The translations under genes were made by a program, and so were the position numbers. From an uncultured Nitrospiraceae bacterium (GTDB lineage Bacteria; Nitrospirota; Thermodesulfovibrionia; Thermodesulfovibrionales; SM23-35): a stretch of DNA of 64,000 bases. Of the stretch, positions 1-9,447 are shown in pieces. Below the pieces are notes generated by a model. The model did no database searches. It had not been told where the DNA came from and was given only the letters and a program-made list of their open reading frames with translations. The DNA is taken from NCBI GenBank assembly GCA_963727775.1, contig CAVSHB010000001.1, forward strand, positions 832,001 through 896,000, given 5' to 3'. How positions within the stretch are numbered: position 1 is the stretch's first letter; every line of letters starts with the position of its first letter.

Positions 1-348
1 ATTTGCAGCACAATAACATCCCGGACCTTCAGGTCTTCCCATTACCATTAAGTCAAATCCCTTCGATTCTATCAAAGACTGCTGGACCTGATAATCAAAG
101 AGCTGCTCCATGGACATGCCGCCGGGCCTTTCGCCGCCGCTTCTTATTACTCCCAGTGATTTTTCTCTTAAAGCGCCGATTGTTGCGTGGACATCGACCC
201 CGAGGGCTTCATTGAGACAGTTGTTCGAATCCGCGTCAACAGCAAGCACTGGCTTTCTCTTTTTCTCAACGATATAACGGATTGCAAGCCCCGCGATAGT
301 AGTCTTTCCGGTGCCGCCTTTGCCTGCCAATGCAATAACAAACGCCAT
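1..348 (-). CDS. cooC: CooC/AcsF-type CO dehydrogenase nickel-insertion ATPase (5' part; runs off window)
   Basis: Not in ORF track. Manual translation from ATG at 348: MAFVIALAGKGGTGKTT...VLAVDADSN...LMVMGRPEGPGCYCAAN; deviant Walker A GKGGxGKTT and Ni-binding CxC (GCYC). Confidence 0.9.
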   Translation of the reverse strand, partial: MAFVIALAGKGGTGKTTIAGLAIRYIVEKKRKPVLAVDADSNNCLNEALGVDVHATIGALREKSLGVIRSGGERPGGMSMEQLFDYQVQQSLIESKGFDLMVMGRPEGPGCYCAAN

Positions 349-432
349 AGATTAATTATACAATTAGTTGAAATTTTTATATAATAAGACTGAAAAAGAT
401 TGAATTATGAAACCCTTAATAAATGGGATAAT

Positions 433-933
433 ATGGCATATTTCTTAACATATTTAATTAGGTGTATTTTATGTTCCGGCCTGTTTTTTCTATTTTTGTC
501 GTTTATGACAACCCCGTCTTTAACATTTGCTCAGACAAAAGGCAGACTCCCGGGCTATGTAGGTGCGGATGCCTGTAAAGAATGCCATGAGAATGAATAC
601 AGGAATTTTATGTCCTATGCCAAAAAAAGCACATCGTTTAAAAGTATCGAAAGGCTAAAAAAGGGACTGACTGAGGAAGAGATGAAGGGGTGCTATCTTT
701 GCCATACCACCGGATATGGTAAGCCCGGCGGTTTTGTGAGCCTCGAAAAGACGCCCCATCTTAAGAACGCAGGATGTGAAGTGTGTCACGGACCCGGAGA
801 ATTTCATATCAGGACCAGAAACCCTAAAGAAATGAAAAGGCGTCTGACAATTAAAGATTGCGAGGTATGTCATACATCGGAAAGGGTGAGGGCGTTCAGA
901 TACAAACCCATGATCCACGGTGGAGCACACTAA
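433..933 (+). CDS. Periplasmic tetraheme cytochrome c (c554-like)
   Basis: Signal/anchor region, then four CxxCH motifs (CKECH, CYLCH, CEVCH, CEVCH); ATG 433 preferred to TTG 400. Confidence 0.88.
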   Translation: MAYFLTYLIRCILCSGLFFLFLSFMTTPSLTFAQTKGRLPGYVGADACKECHENEYRNFMSYAKKSTSFKSIERLKKGLTEEEMKGCYLCHTTGYGKPGGFVSLEKTPHLKNAGCEVCHGPGEFHIRTRNPKEMKRRLTIKDCEVCHTSERVRAFRYKPMIHGGAH

Positions 934-979
934 TAATACAATCCACAAAGCTAATAATGAGGGATGAAGGATTAAGAAA

Positions 980-3679
980 ATGTTCGGTTTTATAAAAAAG
1001 CGTTTGGGCTACAAGATAATGGTTGCCATGCTTACCATTATCCTGCTGGTGCTGCTGGCCGAAATCTATATGAGGATATATTTCGGGACGAAAGACAGGC
1101 TGGAAATTGCAGCAACGCTCAGCGCTGAGCTGTCTGACTCGATCTATGCCGGCATTAAATATCCTATGGAACTTGGAGATAGCGAGGCCATTAAACGTGA
1201 ATTAACCGATATCAGAGAGAAGATGAAAGATGTTGAGGTATTCATTTGTGATTTTGAAAAAGAAGTGGTCTATTCAACGCATATCAATAAAGTAAAAACG
1301 AATTTAGAGGACTCCATACAGAGCAAGCCCATAGCAAAAGCATTGTCAGATTCACTCGAAACGGGTATTTCACCACCTGTTGATCCGGGAAAGCCTCTGG
1401 AGGATATTGTCTCAGGGAGAAGACTTATTGTTGTCATGCGCCCTATTCTGAATGAGAAAGACTGCTACCATTGTCATGGTTCATCAAAAAAGGTTCTCGG
1501 AGGAATTGTAGTAAGGCTTGACGCAGAAAGGACCTATGCCCAGGTTGTAGCACAGCGGAACAGAACAATCATGATTGTTCTGTTCCTTATTCCCATAGCG
1601 GTTGTTCTAGTTTTCTTAATGGTAAATCAGCTCGTAAGACATCCGGTAGAGAGACTGGCGGATAAGGCAAAAAAGTTTGCAGATGGAGACATGTCTGTCA
1701 AGATAGAAGTTAAGACCGATGATGAAATCGGAATTCTCGGGAAGACTTTTAATTATATGGTCGACAGTGTCTCTTCTTTCAGCCAGAAGCTGGAGGAGGA
1801 AGTCAAGAGAAAATCCGTATTACTGAACGAAAGAACAAGGCTTATGAATTTACTGGAAAGGGCCAATAAAGATCTCAGGGAATTGGATAAAATGAAGTCA
1901 ACGTTTCTTGCAAACATGTCTCATGAGCTTCGTACCCCCATGAATGCGATTATCGGCTATACCGACCTTTTGATAGACGGGGTGGATGGTCCGATCAACG
2001 AAGAACAGGAAAAGAGCCTGAACAAAGTTGCAACGAATTCGAGACATCTTCTGCAATTGATCAATGACGTCCTTGATATCTCGAAGATTGAAGCCGGAAA
2101 GATGAAAATCAATCCTAAAGAACTTGATCTGAGATGGCTGATTGAATCTGCAACGCCTACATTTGAACCCCAAATGAGAATGAAAGGGATTACACTTACG
2201 GTCAATGTCCCTGATGGTCTGCCCCATGTGTATGGTGATGAAGCCAGGCTGAAAGAGGTCCTGATAAATCTGTTGTCCAATGCGATTAAGTTTACCCATG
2301 AGGGGGGAATTACCATATCTGCACGGCTTTCAGAAAGAGGAGTGAATCTGGGAGAATCACCGCTATTCATGGAAATTTGTGTTCAAGATACAGGGATCGG
2401 AATAAAAGAAGAAGACCTCGGGAAGATCTTTGATAAATTTGTTCAGGCAGACCTTACCACTGTGCGTCAGTACGAAGGTACAGGTCTTGGCCTGAGCATT
2501 GCCAGGGGACTGATATCGCTGCATAAGGGCATGATTTGGGTGACGAGCAAATTAGGGGAAGGAAGCAAGTTCTGCTTTACCCTTCCTTTGAAGAAAGAGA
2601 TGCTTGAAACATCTTCTGAACCGGTCGTTGAAACAAGGATGGCGGAATCCCTTGCTGATTATTTCGGAAAACCTGTAGAGGATTTCTTAAAGGAGCCGGA
2701 ATACGAAGGTAAACCGATACGGTGCTGGGAGTATGTCCGTTGCGGACAACCGAGTTGCCCTGCATACGGGAGCAAGGAAGGAAGATGCTGGATGATTATG
2801 GGGACCCATTGCGCGGGAATGAAAGTTGCGGCGTATCCGGAGAAGGTAGATTTTTGTAAAGGTTGTGAGCTTATGAAAAGCGTTCTCAAGCAATCTCAAA
2901 AAGAGTATCCGGGAGGAGTTGTAACAACAATAATGCCGGACAAGAAAATTATTATGGTTATTGACGACAATCCGGAGGCCATTGATATCATTTGCAAATA
3001 TCTCGGTGATGATTATTCCGTGGTAGGTCTCCTCGGCGGTGAGGCGGCGGTAGAAAAGGCCAAACAAATAAAACCTATGGCGATCACCCTGGATATTATG
3101 ATGCCGAGGAAGGATGGATGGCAGGTCTTAAGAGAGCTCAAGCATGATCCCGATACCCAGGATATCCCGGTAATTATCATGTCTATTGTTGATGACCAGA
3201 GGATGGGATTCAGTCTCGGTGCGGCAGAGTATATTGTGAAACCGGTCGAAAAGGACGTGCTTTTGAGAAAGTTGAAGACACTTGAGAGAATGACAAAAAT
3301 AAAGAGAATACTCATTGTGGATGATGATGCAAGCGCGGTAAGGCTAATAGGCACTGTTCTTGAAGAGGCTGGATATCAGGTAACGACTGCCTATAACAGT
3401 GAAGATGCGGTAAGGTCCATAGAGAATTTCAGGCCGGACCTTATTGTTCTCAATCTCACCATGCCGAAGACCGGTTTTGATGTAATTGAATACATCAAAA
3501 CAGCACAAGCAGACAAGGACATCCCTTTAATTGTACTGACCCAAAAGGACCTCACAGAAAAAGAGGCCGATGACCTGAATGGCAGAATACACGGCATTTT
3601 GAACAAGGTTGTTCTGACAAAAGAAGACCTTTTGCAGGAATTGAAGAATACCATTACCCGGATGAGCGGCGCTCCATGA
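980..3679 (+). CDS. Hybrid sensor histidine kinase: heme-c periplasmic sensor, HAMP, HisKA, HATPase, Cys-rich two-CW domain, REC, pseudo-REC
   Basis: Two TM segments around a domain with CYHCH; HAMP (DEIGILGKTFN); H-box MSHELRTP; N box NLLSNAIKF; G boxes; CWE..CPAY..CW..THC..CKGC; receivers (ITLDIMMP; IVLNLTMP). Confidence 0.92.
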   Translation: MFGFIKKRLGYKIMVAMLTIILLVLLAEIYMRIYFGTKDRLEIAATLSAELSDSIYAGIKYPMELGDSEAIKRELTDIREKMKDVEVFICDFEKEVVYSTHINKVKTNLEDSIQSKPIAKALSDSLETGISPPVDPGKPLEDIVSGRRLIVVMRPILNEKDCYHCHGSSKKVLGGIVVRLDAERTYAQVVAQRNRTIMIVLFLIPIAVVLVFLMVNQLVRHPVERLADKAKKFADGDMSVKIEVKTDDEIGILGKTFNYMVDSVSSFSQKLEEEVKRKSVLLNERTRLMNLLERANKDLRELDKMKSTFLANMSHELRTPMNAIIGYTDLLIDGVDGPINEEQEKSLNKVATNSRHLLQLINDVLDISKIEAGKMKINPKELDLRWLIESATPTFEPQMRMKGITLTVNVPDGLPHVYGDEARLKEVLINLLSNAIKFTHEGGITISARLSERGVNLGESPLFMEICVQDTGIGIKEEDLGKIFDKFVQADLTTVRQYEGTGLGLSIARGLISLHKGMIWVTSKLGEGSKFCFTLPLKKEMLETSSEPVVETRMAESLADYFGKPVEDFLKEPEYEGKPIRCWEYVRCGQPSCPAYGSKEGRCWMIMGTHCAGMKVAAYPEKVDFCKGCELMKSVLKQSQKEYPGGVVTTIMPDKKIIMVIDDNPEAIDIICKYLGDDYSVVGLLGGEAAVEKAKQIKPMAITLDIMMPRKDGWQVLRELKHDPDTQDIPVIIMSIVDDQRMGFSLGAAEYIVKPVEKDVLLRKLKTLERMTKIKRILIVDDDASAVRLIGTVLEEAGYQVTTAYNSEDAVRSIENFRPDLIVLNLTMPKTGFDVIEYIKTAQADKDIPLIVLTQKDLTEKEADDLNGRIHGILNKVVLTKEDLLQELKNTITRMSGAP

Positions 3680-3686
3680 ACAACGT

Positions 3687-5315
3687 ATGAAATTCCTATT
3701 GTCCCTTCTTTTTTTTATTCTCCTTCCCCTTGATGCCTGGGCTTTCATCCCTCATGAATATCCGGCGATTTATGTCCATATGCTTTCGCTTATTTTTTGC
3801 TTTGTTGCACTGCTTGTTGTCCTGTGGGCTTTCATCCGTCGCGGGTTATATAAAGAAAGGAGATGGAAATACCTTTTTCTCTCTGCGATATTTCATGCCA
3901 TATGGAATGCAAATGTGATCATTGGTCGCATTGCGGAGGCCTTGTGGATAGAGAAGTCACAGGTAATAGGTGATACAGCGGGATGGCACTATTTTGCGCG
4001 GCAAATAACAATTGAAGGGGCGGAATACTTCTATTACATAGGAAGACTCGATTTTGTGCTGCTGAATGTAGCGATGCTGTTTTTTTATATCTGGCTGAGA
4101 GAGCATCTTCAAAAAGATCCCGAAGAGCACGGCATATCGACAGCGGCATTATTGCCGTTGTTCCCGATCTTATTTACGGAAATAGCGGGCAACACTATAT
4201 TTATTGTTCTCTCGACTCTGTGCCTTGTTACCAGTGTTAAGCTCTATAAAAGGGACCGGGCGAATGTACTTTGGAGATACATGGTAGGGCTTTCCTCAAC
4301 GTATTTTATGTTTTCCATTTCAAGGTCCTTTGGTCATATCTTGAAAAATATTCTTGTACCGACAGGAAATCAGGGTATTTGTGATATTCTTTATCTCGAT
4401 GCTATTGGGGGAAGCCTTAATACATTTATTCGTTTTTTGTTGGCAACGCTGACTCTCTTTTTTATATGGATATACGAGACCTATCTCGAGATATCTGAAG
4501 ACAAAAGACAATTGCAGACAAATGTTGCGGAAAGGACCGGCCTTATCGAGCAATTGGAAAGAGACAAAATAGAACTTCAGGAGCTTGATAAAATGAAATC
4601 AGCCTTCATGGCGAACATGTCTCATGAACTCCGTACTCCTATGAATACTATTATCGGGTATAGTGAGATGTTGCTTGATAGGGTAGACGGGCCTTTGAAC
4701 AATGAACAGGAAAGGAGTCTCGAAAAGGTAAAGGACAGCGCCAGGCACCTTCTCAAATTAATCGACGATGTCCTTAATATATCCAGAATAGAATCTGCAC
4801 AGATGAAACTGGAGATCAGAGAACTGAATATGAAGAGCGTAATTAAATCGGTTGTTCATTTATTTGATTTATTAATAAGAGAAAAGGGCCTGACTCTCTC
4901 AGTGAATGCGGATGAAAAACTACCCATTGTTTACGGTGATGAAGAAAAAATAAGACAGGTCCTGACAAACCTGCTGTCGAATGCCGTCAAATTCACCCGC
5001 AGGGGCGGGATAACCATAACTGCTTCGCTCTCCGATATGGGTATCAATCCCGGAGAACAACCTTTGTTTATGGAGATATGCATAGCTGATACCGGCATAG
5101 GGATAAAGAATGAAGACCTTGGAAAAATATTTGACAAATTTGTTCAGATCGATTTTACCTTAGTGCGCCAGTATGAAGGTACGGGGTTAGGACTCAGTAT
5201 TGCAAAAGGACTGGTAAAATTGCACAAAGGAACGATATGGGTAAGCAGTCAATATGGTGAGGGAAGCACATTCTGTTTTACCATCCCTCTGAAAAAGGAA
5301 ATACTCGAAAAGTGA
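3687..5315 (+). CDS. Multi-pass membrane sensor histidine kinase
   Basis: About 260-aa hydrophobic N-terminus; MSHELRTP, NLLSNAVKF, DTGIG, GTGLGL. Confidence 0.9.
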   Translation: MKFLLSLLFFILLPLDAWAFIPHEYPAIYVHMLSLIFCFVALLVVLWAFIRRGLYKERRWKYLFLSAIFHAIWNANVIIGRIAEALWIEKSQVIGDTAGWHYFARQITIEGAEYFYYIGRLDFVLLNVAMLFFYIWLREHLQKDPEEHGISTAALLPLFPILFTEIAGNTIFIVLSTLCLVTSVKLYKRDRANVLWRYMVGLSSTYFMFSISRSFGHILKNILVPTGNQGICDILYLDAIGGSLNTFIRFLLATLTLFFIWIYETYLEISEDKRQLQTNVAERTGLIEQLERDKIELQELDKMKSAFMANMSHELRTPMNTIIGYSEMLLDRVDGPLNNEQERSLEKVKDSARHLLKLIDDVLNISRIESAQMKLEIRELNMKSVIKSVVHLFDLLIREKGLTLSVNADEKLPIVYGDEEKIRQVLTNLLSNAVKFTRRGGITITASLSDMGINPGEQPLFMEICIADTGIGIKNEDLGKIFDKFVQIDFTLVRQYEGTGLGLSIAKGLVKLHKGTIWVSSQYGEGSTFCFTIPLKKEILEK

Positions 5316-5377
5316 ATCTATTCTATATAATAGATACTATAGCATTTTTTTGAAAAATCAAAGAGGGTAAAACGGCT

Positions 5378-5779
5378 ATGCCAAGGAAGATACTAATCGT
5401 TGAGGACAATCAGGACAACCGGGAACTTGTCATTAAGGTTCTCAGGAATAAGGGCTTTGAAACAGTTGAGGCTGTTGATGGAGAGGATGCTATCGAAAAG
5501 GCACTCTCAGAAAAACCTGACCTGATATTGCTGGATATATCACTCCCTAAATTGGACGGGTACGAAGTGGCGAAAAGACTCAAGAGCATGGAGGAATTCC
5601 AGGAAATTCCCATAGTGGCTTTTACCGCTCATGCAATGAAGGGGGACCGGGAGAAGGTCATTGTTGCGGGTTTCGAAGGATATATCTCAAAACCAATTAA
5701 TATCCGTGAATTACCCGATCAGATAAAGTCTTATATAAGAGGGAAAAGGGAGAGTGTTCTGGGTGGAGAAGAAAAGTAA
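5378..5779 (+). CDS. Single-domain response regulator (DivK/CheY-like)
   Basis: ILIVEDN, LILLDISLP, TAHAMKGD, YISKP. Confidence 0.92.
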   Translation: MPRKILIVEDNQDNRELVIKVLRNKGFETVEAVDGEDAIEKALSEKPDLILLDISLPKLDGYEVAKRLKSMEEFQEIPIVAFTAHAMKGDREKVIVAGFEGYISKPINIRELPDQIKSYIRGKRESVLGGEEK

Positions 5780-6824
5780 GATATTAATTGTTGATGATGC
5801 TGAAGATACCGTAGAGCTCTTGAAAAAGAGGTTTCGTGCTGAAGGATATGATACGGCAGAGGCATATAACGGTGAAGAAGCACTCAATAAGGTACCTGAA
5901 TATGACCCTGATCTTATCGTCCTGGATGTCATGATGCCGAAAATCGACGGCTATGAGGTATGTCAGAGGCTGAAGGCAGATGAAAAGACAAAATATATTC
6001 CCGTACTCATGCTGACGGCAAAAGGGGAGGTTGAGCATAAGGTAAAAGGTCTGAATATCGGAGCCGATGATTATATGGCCAAGCCATTTGATTATAAAGA
6101 ACTTGCTGCCCGCATCAGATCGTTGCTTGCCATTAAGGCAACGCATGAAAAAAAGGTGGTGGAGGAAAAAACAGGGGCACTGGAGCAGATGATGGACCAG
6201 GTTGCCCATGAAATAAGAAACCCTCTCACCTCCATCGGCGGTTTTGCCCGAAAGGTCTATGGAAGGCTTCCGGAGGGTGATCCCAACAAAAAGTATATGG
6301 AAATGATCATAGAAGATGTCGGTGTTCTCGAGAGTATGATAAAGCAGCTGATTGAGCTCAAAACAATGGATATCTCTTACAGCGAGCCCTCGAATATGAA
6401 TGAGGTGATAAAGGAAGCCCTTCAGGTGTTTGAGCAGGATTTCCGGCAAAAAGCCATACATGTGGAACTTGAATTAATGTCTGATCCCCCCATGGTTCCT
6501 TTGGACAGAAAACTGCTTAAAAGAGCTTTTTGTAATATTATCAAGAATTCTGTTGAAGCTATGGAGATAGAACCCATGAAACTGAGGGTTGTCAGCCGGC
6601 TAATCGGAGATCATCTGGAGATACAGATATCCGATACTGGCGTGGGTATCTCTCAGGAAAAGATAAAAAATATCTTTGACCCGCTGGTAACCTCAAAGAT
6701 TTATGGTCCGGGACTTGGCCTGACTTTTGCGCTTAAGATAATCCAGGACCACAAAGGGACCATCTCGGTAGAGAGCGAGCCCGGAAAAGGCACTGTTTTT
6801 ACGATAAGATTCCCGGTAGAGTAA
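5754..6824 (+). CDS. REC-HisKA-HATPase hybrid kinase
   Basis: N-terminal receiver (VLDVMMP, MAKPF); AHEIRNPL H-box; DTGVG and GLGL; true start may be slightly downstream. Confidence 0.9.
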   Translation: MFWVEKKSKILIVDDAEDTVELLKKRFRAEGYDTAEAYNGEEALNKVPEYDPDLIVLDVMMPKIDGYEVCQRLKADEKTKYIPVLMLTAKGEVEHKVKGLNIGADDYMAKPFDYKELAARIRSLLAIKATHEKKVVEEKTGALEQMMDQVAHEIRNPLTSIGGFARKVYGRLPEGDPNKKYMEMIIEDVGVLESMIKQLIELKTMDISYSEPSNMNEVIKEALQVFEQDFRQKAIHVELELMSDPPMVPLDRKLLKRAFCNIIKNSVEAMEIEPMKLRVVSRLIGDHLEIQISDTGVGISQEKIKNIFDPLVTSKIYGPGLGLTFALKIIQDHKGTISVESEPGKGTVFTIRFPVE

Positions 6825-6841
6825 TCAAGAAAGGGGGGAAT

Positions 6842-7297
6842 ATGTTAAAAGAGTTCAAAGAATTTGCCTTACGTGGAAATGTAGTTGATATGGCTGTTGG
6901 AATTATTATCGGTGCAGCTTTTGGTACCATCGTCAATTCGCTCGTATCTGATATCCTTATGCCGCCCATCGGTATCCTCTTCGGGAATGTTGATTTTTCA
7001 AGCTTCTTTATTGTTCTCAGGGAAGGTAAGATTCCCGGCCCTTATCTTTCACCCGCTGCCGCCAAGGCTGCCGGGGCAGTTACGATTAATTACGGTATAT
7101 TCGTGAATACAATTATGAGCTTTTTGATTGTGGCCTTTGCAGTATTTCTTGTTGTTCGCAATATCAACAAACTTAGAAGACAGGAAGAAGCCCCGCTGGC
7201 GGTCAGCACAACGAAGGAATGCCCTTATTGTCTTTCTGCTATCCCTATTAAGGCTATTCGCTGCGCTCATTGCACCTCTGAGCTAAAGGGTCCATAG
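6842..7297 (+). CDS. mscL: Large-conductance mechanosensitive channel with C-terminal zinc ribbon
   Basis: [27 protein letters not shown] signature; C-terminal CPYC-x10-CAHC. Confidence 0.95.
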   Translation: MLKEFKEFALRGNVVDMAVGIIIGAAFGTIVNSLVSDILMPPIGILFGNVDFSSFFIVLREGKIPGPYLSPAAAKAAGAVTINYGIFVNTIMSFLIVAFAVFLVVRNINKLRRQEEAPLAVSTTKECPYCLSAIPIKAIRCAHCTSELKGP

Positions 7298-7392
7298 AAT
7301 TATTTGGATACAGAGAAGAGACGAATAAATCAACCTGTTCTGAAAAGGAGAAAAGCCGAACTGATCCGGCGGCGCGCTATAATATTTGAAAT

Positions 7393-7825
7393 ATGTCATC
7401 CCTCTTCAGTAAGCTTGATAATTTTATTAAAAAAACCCTCTGGGAGATCGAAGAGGACTCTTCCGGAAAACTTAAAAAGCTTCTTATTACCGTTTTACGG
7501 CTTCTTCTTAAAATAGGTCGGGAATTTCTCAATGGTGAAAGCCCTCTACGGGCGTCCAGCCTCGTTTATATAACACTTCTTACATACAGTTGTCCCCATC
7601 TTAGCTGTCTCATCCTCCGTTGTTAAAGCCTTTGGTGTCCATAATATGCAACAGCGTCAGAGACAAGTTTCAGGGTGCTCGCTCGCCTCTTAATGATTTT
7701 GTATCCATTCGGGGATAGAGAACATTATGAGTGAGCTGGAAAATACAATTAATAACACGCTCTCCACAAAGACATTGAAAGAATTGGTTATTTCATATGC
7801 GCCTGATAACCCAAAGACTAATTAG
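7393..7825 (+). pseudogene. YihY/BrkB-family membrane protein remnant (frameshift and large internal deletion)
   Basis: LRASSLVYITLL, then after a TACA duplication (7581-7588) VVPILAVSSSVVKAFGVHN in another frame; a possible C-terminal tail MSELENTINNTLSTKTLKELV follows at 7727-7825. Confidence 0.7.
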
Positions 7826-9447
7826 AGTCTGTCCATAAACTACCGTTTCCTAATTTACGAACAGAAAACTATCCCGGCAGTGCCGGTACCTGTTCGGATT
7901 GTGGTCCTTATACTTCAAAAAGCATGCTGTCGTCATATTTTTCATGATTTCGGACGTGGATATCCCTTTATGCTCCTTTTGTGATCTGCCTTTCGCCTGT
8001 CTTCATTGCATCTGCGTTTGCATCTTCGCAAGGAGCGCTCCTGTCATCACACGAATGTTGTAAACAATCACGTTCCAGTACACCTTGGCATCAAATCGCG
8101 CCCTTGTCTTCCATTCGCACCGGTACAATTCAAAACCCCTTTTCAGATTCGAGATAACTGCTTCAATGCCGCTGCGCCATTTCTTCAGCCGCGTTTCCAT
8201 GTTCGCGCTTCTGACGATGTTCTTAAGCGACCCTTTTATCTTATTGAAGACGATGTTGACGATCCCTTTCCCATGCGCTATCCTCGCATTGTCCTTTGAG
8301 GCATAGCCGCCGTCAGTCACCATATCACGGGGGATTATCTTATAGTTATCCTTGAGACGATCTATCACTGCCCCATAAAGTGTCGCGTCGGCAGGGTTGC
8401 CCTCCAGCACCTTGCAATCAAGTATCAGATTGCTACGGCCTGTCGCAAGGTTTATCTTATGTCCAAATTCTACTTCTCTCCTCCCCTTCACTATGATGTC
8501 CGTATGGTCTTCATAGATCGAAAATATCTTCTCTTCGTTCGGCACAGCCTCCCCAAGGATCTCATGTCGCCGGGAGATGTCATATACTTTCTCCGCCTTC
8601 GGCAACACGTCTTTCAGTTCTTTCCTTGCCGCCTCTGCAATTATCCAGCCTTCTATCGTTTTGGGCAGTTCTGCTGTTAATGCCCTCTCTGCCTGGTTGA
8701 TGCTGCTGCGAAGCAGCTTCAGTTGTTTCTTGAATTCCTCTTCCCGTGCCTCTTTAGCTTTGGTGTTATTGATCTTGTAATGGTTCTTCTTAGCCTGTTT
8801 CTTGTAGCTCCGTACCTTGATCTCCACTCCACTGGCCTTCAGTTTTTTCAATAGTCGATCTATGGTTTTGATGCAGTCCCATATCAATGAGTTGTTTGTC
8901 GGATAATGTATATTTGTCTCTATTACGGTCCCGTCGGTCCGTATGCTTTTGCCGTCTTCAAGCCCTTCGCCTATTGCGGTTTTATTGATCGCTACCATCA
9001 CCTTATCCAGCGCTTCTCCGCTTATCCGGGATATGTATTTCTGATACGCCTCAAAGGAAAACGGCTTCCGGTCGTCAAGTTTGATAAATACCGCGCACAT
9101 CCTGGAATCATGTTGCGCATGCTCAAGCTCACGATAGGTCAGGTTTTTCATCTCTTTGTATATCGCCGCCCTCACTATCTGTTCCACTGTCGGCATGTCC
9201 TGCCTGCCGAGACTGCTGCTTTCTTTGCCCTTGGTTATGTCATCCTTCACTATTTCGTATATCTCAGGATGCTGGTTCAGTATCGTGTCCATTACAGCCA
9301 GTTCCGGATTCAAGGCCCACAGCTCTTTTTCAAATTGCAGTTTCAGTTCCTTCAACAGTTTCAAGGCTTCCTCCACGTTTCTTATTTCCTCTGCAATTTT
9401 ACCATTTCTCTTTTTGTTTCCAGTAGTTATAATTTATAGACAGACTC
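7825..9447 (-). mobile_element. Insertion sequence (IS5/ISNCY-like)
   Basis: Terminal inverted repeats GAGTCTGTCCATAAA (7825) and TTTATAGACAGACTC (ends 9447), one mismatch; TA on both flanks. Confidence 0.88.
8003..9376 (-). CDS. DDE transposase (IS5/ISNCY-like)
   Basis: RTDGTVIETNIHYPT, VEFGHK, TDGGYAS, WRSGIEAVISNLKR; real start may be TTG 9364 after GGAGG. Confidence 0.92.
   Translation of the reverse strand: MEEALKLLKELKLQFEKELWALNPELAVMDTILNQHPEIYEIVKDDITKGKESSSLGRQDMPTVEQIVRAAIYKEMKNLTYRELEHAQHDSRMCAVFIKLDDRKPFSFEAYQKYISRISGEALDKVMVAINKTAIGEGLEDGKSIRTDGTVIETNIHYPTNNSLIWDCIKTIDRLLKKLKASGVEIKVRSYKKQAKKNHYKINNTKAKEAREEEFKKQLKLLRSSINQAERALTAELPKTIEGWIIAEAARKELKDVLPKAEKVYDISRRHEILGEAVPNEEKIFSIYEDHTDIIVKGRREVEFGHKINLATGRSNLILDCKVLEGNPADATLYGAVIDRLKDNYKIIPRDMVTDGGYASKDNARIAHGKGIVNIVFNKIKGSLKNIVRSANMETRLKKWRSGIEAVISNLKRGFELYRCEWKTRARFDAKVYWNVIVYNIRVMTGALLAKMQTQMQ

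Noticed and set aside
7190..7297. Zinc ribbon on MscL as a novelty
   Set aside because: This extension is common in MscL of many anaerobes
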